A DNA stretch of 64,000 bases from Histomonas meleagridis 2922-C6/04-290x. Lineage: Eukaryota > Protista > Parabasalia. Every line of letters starts with the position of its first letter. Positions within the stretch are counted from its first letter, which is position 1. A program made the position numbers and the translations under genes. The notes beneath the pieces were generated by a model. It ran no database searches. It was not told the DNA's origin and was given only the letters and a program-made list of their open reading frames with translations. Shown piece by piece: positions 44,798-53,423 of this stretch. Location: contig JAANOX010000153.1 of the NCBI GenBank assembly GCA_020184695.1, positions 682,001 to 746,000 on the forward strand. The letters are read 5' to 3'.

Positions 44798-46380
44798 TTA
44801 AACAATTTCATTTTCATCAGTTCCAAAAAACATTGATAAAAAATCAATATTTCCTGTTTCGACAATAATCTGAAGTGCTGTTCGAAAGGATTATAATTAA
44901 TACCAAATAAAATTTTTAGACGCTATTCGATATAAAAATTATACATTTTCAATATTTATATCAATATCTTTGTGATTAAGTAATAACTCGACAATTTCAG
45001 GATAATTATTCAATACAGAAATAATGAGTGCTGTACAAAATAATTTAAATAATTTCCAAATATTATTTTGAAATATCAAATTATTAAAATAAATTTTAAA
45101 TAAAACAAATAAATATCTTTAGCATTAATATCAATTCCGTCTTGTTCAAGAAGTAATTTAACTATTTCTATATGACCATTATAAGATGCTTTAATAAGTG
45201 CTGTTTTGAATATTTGAAATAATTTTCAAATATTATTTTGAATTTTTAAATTATTGATACCAATATTAAATAAAACAAATAAATATCTTTAGCATTAATA
45301 TCAATTCCGTCTTGTTCAAGAAGTAATTTAACTATTTCTATATGACCATTATAAGATGCTTTAATAAGTGCTGTATCAAATAATTTAAATAATTTCCAAA
45401 TATTATTTTGAAATATCAATTTATTACAATAAATACTAAATAAAACAAATAAATATTTTTAGCATTAATATCAATTCCTTCTTGTTCAAGAAGTAATTTG
45501 ACTATTTCTATATGACCTTTTCCAGATGCAATAATGAGTGCTGTTCTAAATAAACTAAATAAATTCCAAATATTCTTATGAAAGTTTGGATAAATGAGAT
45601 AAACATTTTTTGCATTGATGTAAATACCATTATTCTCAAGAATTGATTTGACAATTTCAATATTTCCAGTATTACAAGCATTCATAAATTCTATTTTAAT
45701 ATTTTGTAATCAATGTCAATAAAAAATTTGAAACATAAAATAATTAAAAAAAAATATTTCGAAAATATAACATAAGAATATCTTAGAATAAATTTCGATA
45801 TTTTCATGTTCAAAAAATGATAAAACAAACTCAATTATTTGATTTTGAAAAGATTCTATTGTAAGGGTTTTAAATTTGAGAATTAAACATCCTTCATATC
45901 ATTATCATAGTTCTGATTTTCATTAAGTAATTTTAAAATAAAATCATATTCATTGTGTGAATTGTTAGTAGATGTATTATTTCTTATATTAAAATATCAA
46001 GATAATAAAATAAACATTAAAAAAATTGAATAATCACTACAATTAGAATAAATATTTGTTTCAAGAAACAATTTAATTGTATCTATTATATTACTCATTG
46101 ATATTTCTTTAAATAATTTACCAAAAATAAGTAAATTAAACAAATATTTTCTTCATTAAAATCATATTTCTCTAGTTCAAGTAAATTTTTGACGATTTCA
46201 ACAAATCCATAGGTTATTATACTTACAAAGATTGTAGATAATAATTTTAAGAAACCTTAGTATACATATCATTTTCATGATCAATTTCTTCTTGTTTATA
46301 TAATTTAATTCCGTTTAAAATCCCTTTCAAAAGCTTTTCCAGAAATTCTGATTTAAATTATATGTGGGAACTTCATACAT
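44798..46380 (-). pseudogene. Ankyrin-repeat gene or fragment with five clear inserts (60, 80, 80, 80, 63 nt) and a degenerate 5' part; functional status unresolved
   Basis: TALxxASxxGHIEIVKLLLEQxGIDINAKD units at 170-nt period. The region 45690-46380 holds decayed units (GFVEIVKNLLELEKYDFNEEN, LKLLNENQNYDNDMKDV*). Terminal stop at 44798. Confidence 0.7.
45035..45454 (-). repeat. 170-bp tandem units (90 nt ankyrin coding plus 80 nt insert)
   Basis: Thr codons start at 45374, 45204 and 45034. Confidence 0.95.
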
Positions 46381-46410
46381 TATGTAGAAATAAGAAATTA
46401 TTAAGAAAAA

Positions 46411-48825
46411 CTATCTAAAGACAAAATTAATTTTTGTATTATTCTTATTAATTCTTTCTTTTTCAGATATAATTTTCGCAGCTTCATTTTTTCTTTTTGA
46501 TGCAATTCTATATGCTGTTTCAAATTTTATAAATAATTTCCAAATATTATTTTGAATTTTTAAATTATTGAAATAAATTTTATATAAAACAAATAAATAT
46601 TTTTAGCATTAATATCAATTCCGTCTTGTTCAAGAAGTAATTTAACTATTTCTGTATGACCATTTTCAGAAGCATATATAAGTGCTGTACAAAATAATTT
46701 AAATATTTTCCAAATATTATTTTGATATATAAAATTATTAAAATAAATATCAAATAAAACAAATAAATATCTTTAGCATTAACATCAATTCCTTTTTGTT
46801 CAAGAAGTAATTTAACTATTTCTGTATGACCTTTTGAAGATGCTAAAATAAGTGCTGTTTTAAATAATTAAAATAATTTCCAAATATTATTTTGAAATAT
46901 CAAATTATTAAAATAAATTTTATATAAAACATATAAATATCTTTAGCATTAATATCAATTCCTTCTTGTTCAAGAAGGAATTTGACTATTTCTGTATGAC
47001 CATTATAAGATGCCAAAATAAGTGCTGTATTAAATATTTTAAATAATTTCCAAATATTATTTTGAAATCCAAAATTATTAAAATAGATTTTAAGTAAAAC
47101 ATATAAATATCTTTAGTATTAATATCAATCCTCTTTTTGTTTAAGAAGTAATTTAATCGCTTTTATTTGATAATTTTTGATTGCATAATATAATGCATTT
47201 TTAAATAATAGATATAATCTCCTTATTTTTTTTGAAAAATATTATAGATTTAAAACAAAGATATTTAGCATTAACATCGATTCCGTCTTTTTCAAGAAGT
47301 AACTTTAAAATATTAATGTAACCTTTAATTGATGCCCAAATAAGAGCTGTTTTAAAAAACTTAGTAAAATTCCATGAAAAATATATAAATTTCGAATTTA
47401 TTTAATATATATTAAACAAAACAATTAAACATCTTTGATATTTACATTTATTTCTTTATGTTCAAGAAGTAATTTAACAATATCAATTAAGTTATTTTTT
47501 GTTGCGTATATAAGAGGATTCATAATTATTTCATTTTAATCCCATATATAATTTTAAAATATTGAATATTAAAAATAAAAATAGTTAAAATCAATATAAA
47601 TATCATTCTTTTTAAGAATGTATTCAACAAGTTCATTATTACATGACAAAACTGAATATAATAAAATATATTTCGGTAATTTACTTTCTTCAAGAAAGTA
47701 TTTAACAATAAATATATTACCAATTTTTGCTGATTCATAAATAATATCATCAGTAATTGTTAATCCTTCTTTTTCAAGATAAGAAAATAACTCATAATTA
47801 CTTGATTGAATACATATCTTCCCTAATTCTTCAAAATTATTAATATTAACAACTTTATTTTCATATAAATATTTAAAGACATCATTTTGAAAAAATTCAA
47901 TTGCTGTTTCATATGCATCTTCGAATGATGAATGAGATTGCTCACATAAATGAATGATTTCTAAATTCCCACCTGCAATTGCATATTTACCTGTTGTTTC
48001 TACTTTTGCTCCATTTACAAGTAAATATTTAAAACATTTAACTGCTGAAAAAAATGCAGCATAATCAATTAATGTAACATTCTTTTGGTTAATGAATGTA
48101 TGAATTTCATATAATGATGGTTCAATTGTCTGATTAAAAGCAAAATCATTTTGTGATGATAATTTTTGAAGTTTATCAAGTTCATCATTTCGAATTATTT
48201 TTGCAATTTTATTTGGATTTGCTCCTTTTATTATTAATTCTATATGAGGTCCATAGTTGTATAATATTTTATCATGAAATGGATATTCATCTCGATAAAT
48301 ATGAAATTTAATTACATTAATAAGTTCGCTATAACAAACAAATTGTTTTTTGGTTGCTTTATCATAATTTCCATAGTTTTGCCTTCTTAAATCAAAAGGT
48401 TTCTGATTTTGATTTCCAATATAGTGTGCAAAATACATATTATTTTTTTCAATTCCAATTAGCGGTGAAATCATTTCATTTATAATCATCATTTCAAAAA
48501 GATAATATGATTCTTGTGATTGTTCATTAGAGAGAATTGTTGAAAAAGTAGAAATTAATTTAGAATCAAAATTAAACAACTCTTTTTCTTTCGACTCTAG
48601 TTCTTGTAAGAATTGTAAATAAACAAGAGATTCTCTCCCACGTGAGGCAAACAATTTATATATTAAATGACAAATCACGTAGTTAAATGAAACAGAATTT
48701 TTGGTATCAAAATAACTAATTAATTTTTGATTAATTTTTTTGTAATTAAATTTGTTTAATTTCATTAACTTTTTTTGTATAACAGTGAGCCATTCGATAT
48801 CTTTTCTTGGTTTGATTTGTTCCAT
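46411..48825 (-). CDS. DUF3447 plus ankyrin-repeat protein interrupted by seven intron-like inserts
   Basis: Open 418 aa N-terminal ORF (IIRNDE, TLIDYAAFFSAVKCFKYL, YAIAGGNLEIIHLCE) followed by ankyrin units separated by inserts of 60, 80, 61, 80, 80, 80 and 80 nt; capping segment and TAG at 46411; one extra A near 47135. Confidence 0.7.
46519..47108 (-). repeat. 170-bp tandem units (90 nt ankyrin coding plus 80 nt insert)
   Basis: Thr codons start at 47028, 46858, 46688 and 46518. Confidence 0.95.
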
Positions 48826-49144
48826 TTTGAATTTTTACGATATATTTTTTGCAATTACCAAAAATGGAAGTTTGACCGTACACGATACAGAACGATGGAG
48901 CAAATGACTGATTTACAATTAAACTTTTGTGAAATACGATCATATTCAACAGAATAAACCGAATTTTGAATATATCGTACACATCGTATCCAAGTCAGAC
49001 AAAACCACATTCAAAACGTAACTTCTTTCAAAGGCATAAACATTTGCAGACATAACTTTGCTTCAATGTCAAAATATCATTTCAAGTGATTGGAAACAGT
49101 TCAAATGGTTCAATACCTCAAAAGCAGTTAAAAATCCAAACTCT

Positions 49145-50818
49145 TTAGTGTTGTTCTTCTTCTTGTGCTGCACGTTCAGCAACGAAAAGTGATGGGAAAC
49201 GTGCCATCACGGCAATTGGGCACCAGATGTGTTCCCTGTGCAAGTACTCGCCGAGCTTATGGCAGTGGTGTTCGTATCCGGCGCCGATACCGAACATTGG
49301 CGGGTGTACGAACTTTCCGTTTGTGGTCCAGTTCTTTCCTTCGATCGAGAACGGAAGGTTGTCCTTAGGCAATGGGTAGCCAACGCCGTCGGTAGAGAAG
49401 ATCCACCTTTGTACTCTTGGCTGCTTTCTTAAGTCGTCTGGTGTGTACTTCTCTTTCTCTTCTACATAAGGTGTGACACATCTCTTATATGCATCAACTG
49501 CAGCGTTGACAACTGGATCTGTTGGATATGTGACCCAACTCATGTAGTCTTGTTTGTTATCTGCTGCAACGCCCTTGTGGCTGACTCCTGTGTACATTGG
49601 AATTGTTATGTTGACTTCGCATCCTGCTTCGCGTGCGCGCTTGACGCTCTTAAGTGATTCGATCTCTTGGATGGCCATGTCTGCGTCTTCGCCTTTGGTG
49701 TAACGACGGTCAAAGCGGAATGTGAATTTGGCTGGAACTGCGCAATCAGATGGAGTCTCAAGTTTGCACCATGAGGCTGTACGTGTGCCCTTGCCAAGGA
49801 ATTTGTGGTCTTTGAAGCCATTCTTCGCTTGTTCGGCTGCTTCGGCAATGATCATTGAGCCGTATTCAAGTGGATTGATACCCATGTGTGGCATTGATCC
49901 GTGGCAGCTCTTACCAATGACTTCGACTTGGACTTGGCAACGACCGCGTTGGCCAATGTAGATACCGCATGGACCAAGATCGAGATCACCTGTACCTTCT
50001 GTAATGACAACACAATCTGGGACTTGGCTGTGTTGGAGATTTTGCTTGCGCATGATGTGCATTGGTGCACCACCATCGTTGTCTTCTTCGGCAATTGTTG
50101 CGATGGATACGATCTTGGCACCTTTAAGTGAACCTAATTCACGCGTTTCAATAAGGATCTTTGTGGCAAATACTTGTGAAACAACACCTTGAAGTTGATC
50201 GGCTGAACCACGACCAAATAAAAGTTGATCCCATTTGTCCTTTGGTGGAATGTAGTTAAGTTCACGACGCATATGTTCTTCGTTGACTTTGCTGGCATCC
50301 TTTAAACCATCAAAACAATCAATACCTTCACCAAGTTCTTCATGCCAGTTATCACGAAGTGGATAAACAGTATCACTATGACCATCGAGGAAAATAACAC
50401 GCTTCTTATCTTCTGGTGTATCATCATCTGGATCAGTGACTGTCCAAACAAGGCTACCAAATGCATCATAGTCAACATCCTTTTCATCAAGAACGGCTCC
50501 AAGTTCAACGATGCGTTTCTTTAAGTAGTCTAGACGTTGAGTTTCATGATTGGATGTTCCGCATAATTTATCCTCCTCATAGTAATCAGCTGGAATACGG
50601 ATGATTTCTGCAAGAAGTTTTAATGCTTCTGGGGCGTAAAGTTTTGCAAGTTCGTATACCTTTTTATCGAGTTCTGTAAGTTCTTTTGGATCTTCCCAAT
50701 GGAAGTCTTTAATATCGAAATCTTCTTCGTCTCCTTTGTGGTTCCTTGCTTTGTAGATGGCAACACCAGTAGCAACAGTTGCAGCTGCAACAGCTGTAGC
50801 AACAACAGCCTTACGCAT
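49145..50818 (-). CDS. M20-family metallohydrolase, YgeY-like, with an N-terminal hydrophobic extension
   Basis: DGHSDTV, GRGSADQ, EED.DG, GQRGR, SCHGSMP, FLGKGT, FDRR and WIFSTDGV motifs match the YgeY subfamily pattern. Confidence 0.8.
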   Translation of the reverse strand: MRKAVVATAVAAATVATGVAIYKARNHKGDEEDFDIKDFHWEDPKELTELDKKVYELAKLYAPEALKLLAEIIRIPADYYEEDKLCGTSNHETQRLDYLKKRIVELGAVLDEKDVDYDAFGSLVWTVTDPDDDTPEDKKRVIFLDGHSDTVYPLRDNWHEELGEGIDCFDGLKDASKVNEEHMRRELNYIPPKDKWDQLLFGRGSADQLQGVVSQVFATKILIETRELGSLKGAKIVSIATIAEEDNDGGAPMHIMRKQNLQHSQVPDCVVITEGTGDLDLGPCGIYIGQRGRCQVQVEVIGKSCHGSMPHMGINPLEYGSMIIAEAAEQAKNGFKDHKFLGKGTRTASWCKLETPSDCAVPAKFTFRFDRRYTKGEDADMAIQEIESLKSVKRAREAGCEVNITIPMYTGVSHKGVAADNKQDYMSWVTYPTDPVVNAAVDAYKRCVTPYVEEKEKYTPDDLRKQPRVQRWIFSTDGVGYPLPKDNLPFSIEGKNWTTNGKFVHPPMFGIGAGYEHHCHKLGEYLHREHIWCPIAVMARFPSLFVAERAAQEEEQH

Positions 50819-51420
50819 TGTAAAGTGGCTAGAACGATGCTATAGTTCAATTTTGAGTTAAAAAAACCGTCGAAAATGGGGTAATTTTTGTTCGGATGAA
50901 TTCAAAAAGTGGGATATAAACAGAAATTATGTTTTCTTTGTGAAGTGACCACTTATGGAAGTTAGGGTCGGTTAATCCTCTCAATAAAAATAAACGTGCA
51001 TTTGAGCTTGATTCAAAACTGTAAGGACGATTAAATTTTTGTCAATTGTTGTGATATTGTTAGGAATATAATCGTTTATTAATGGATGAACCTTAAAGCT
51101 TTAAGATTGGTTTCTTCTTGAAAAAAGTCATATATCAGTGAGATCAGAGAACTTTTATCCATAATGTTTCTAAATATTTTTTTGTTGATTTTGTTTGAAT
51201 GATTATTCAAATAATTTGTTGAATTAAAAAAGTAAAAACTAATTTTTACCTATATTATAGCATAATACAGTATAAGAAACAAAGTGATAATTCTGATTAA
51301 AATGCATTAAAGAATCAGATATTTTACTTTTTTAAATGTTTTTATTTTTATGGTGATAGAGTTTAAAAATTGAAGTTTTGATATTTAGATCTATCATTTC
51401 AATCAAAGTTTCTACACCTT

Positions 51421-52878
51421 TCAGATGGAATGATTTTTCATTGTTAAACTTGCTTCCTGGGAAGATTGAAGTAATTGTGCGATTTCATTATGTTCATACT
51501 TTAATGCATAGGTTAATGCAGTATTAAATAAATTAAAAAATCACCAAACGAAATAAATAAATAAATTGAAAATCATTAAAATTGACTTTGAACACAATAC
51601 ATAAACATCTTTTTCATCAATGTCAATTTCCTTTTGTTACCAGACATTGTTGCAGATATAAGTGGTGTTCGAAACGATTTAAATAATTTCCAAACATCAA
51701 ATTATTAAAATAAATATAAAATTAAATAAACAAATAGTTTTTGCATCAATATTAACTCCTTTTTGTTCAAGAACGTATTTAATAAGCTCAATATTTTTCG
51801 AATGTATGGCATTCAGTACAATATCATTTGGAATTGGATATTTTTGGAGAAAATATTTAACAAGATATAAGTTACCACCCATTACAGCGCTATTGATAAT
51901 CGGATCATCAATTTTTAAATAATTATCTTCCAAAAACGTAAGAATTTCATAATTCCCATTAGAGATACAGGAAGATCCCAATATATTTTCCCTTAATATT
52001 GGTGACCTTATATGTTGATAACTTTCAACCAAATTTTCCAATTTATTCTCAAAAAGATAACATTTTGATGGAATTTAATTGCTGCTTCATGCGCATTTGA
52101 ATGTTGAATGATTTTTTTCACATAAATGAATAATTTCTTCATTTCCACCAGCAACTGCGTATTTGCAAATTTGTATTTTTTAAATCAGAACCATTAATAA
52201 GTAAATATTTAAAACATTTAACTGCAGAAAAAAATGCTGCATAGTCAATTAATGTAACTTCCCATTGGTTAATAAAAGAACGTCTTTCATAAAGTGATGG
52301 CTTAATTTTTTGATTAAAATCAAAATCTTTTTGTGATGATATTTCTTGAAGTTTTTCAACATCATCATTTCGAATTATTTTCGAGATTTCACTTGGATTA
52401 TGTCCCTCTTCAATCAATCTTTTGTGGAGTTCCAATTGAAAGTTCTTCATAATTTTCCAAAAATTGATCGGAGCCAATCGTTCTTTTTTGATTTTCTTCT
52501 TCGGTTTGAAGGTGCGCAAAATGCTTTGAAGGAAATTTTTTGGTGATATTAGCTTCAATTAAATTTTGTTCAATCATTTTCTCAATTAAGTGTAAAGATT
52601 CTTGATCTGTATTATAGATACCGAACAAAAATTTCAATGATTTTTGTATAACTTTTGCTTTCTTCTTCTTTGGCTTGAATTACTTCCAAATATTTTAAAC
52701 ATGTATTAGCTGATGTTATTTGTGCAATAAATGCATGGTAAACTAAGATGGAAATTATGAGATTAAATAAATATGAACAATTAATATCGGATATTTTCAT
52801 GGTTTCTTGAACTGATAACTCAATATTTTCATCTTTTAGACTGAATATTACGTGTTCGAGTGTCTTGAGCACTTCCAT
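51421..52878 (-). pseudogene. Frameshifted DUF3447-ankyrin paralogue with two inserts (67 and 84 nt)
   Basis: Homologous to 46411..48825 but split into four or more ORFs by single-base indels; one ankyrin unit has an internal deletion near 51625. Confidence 0.85.
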
Positions 52879-53423
52879 TTGGTAAGTGAAGTGAAAAGAG
52901 ATTTCGTTTCAAATATCTGACGATAAATTACACGAAAAAAAAAATAATTCAATACATATGATCGTTTGCCATATCTTCAAAATGTTCTATGACCTCACAA
53001 AACTCATTTTCTAGTAAATCAGGTGCAGCAAACTTGTTTCAGGTTTGCCAACTTTGGTTTTGCTCTTGATTCAATTAAAAAACATTTCAAATCGGCGTTT
53101 CATTTAATTATAATTAATAATGTTAGGTACCAAAGAAATTTCTCTGTTCCATCTCTCTACTTCTGTTTCATTGGCGATAACGCTTTCACATATGTCATTC
53201 AGCATGATACTGTTAGTGGCAAAAATCCGCGGACAAAAGATAGACAAACCAAATGATCAGGAAACTGTTTTCCACAGAAAAAAGCCATCGTCATTCTGAA
53301 ATTTCCATCGTTTGAGAACAGTTAGCAATAGCCACTTTTTGAGTTCTCTGCTTTACGAGTCCAGACCAAAACATTTCATTAAACATAAGTCGGAAACAAG
53401 TTTTCGTAAAACTATTTAAGTCA

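Noticed and set aside
44798-47580. Canonical splicing of the inserts using the conserved GT at insert nt 9 and the AG in ACAG (Thr-Ala codons)
   Set aside because: Joining ATT TAT TT to CA CTT shifts the frame and deletes the conserved Thr, independent of insert length.
44798-47580. U12-type AT-AC reading (gAT ... ACa)
   Set aside because: Leaves G plus A (2 nt) and is out of frame; no RTATCCTT 5' site or TCCTTAAC branch point is present.
44798-47580. Ciliate IES-like or microhomology DNA excision between TA or TTATTT direct repeats
   Set aside because: Retaining one repeat copy leaves 11 nt between the Asp and Thr codons, which is out of frame.
44798-47580. CRISPR-like or satellite interpretation of the 170-bp periodicity
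   Set aside because: The conserved part encodes ankyrin repeats with amino-acid-level variation, the spacers are homologous to each other, and there are no cas genes in a eukaryotic context.
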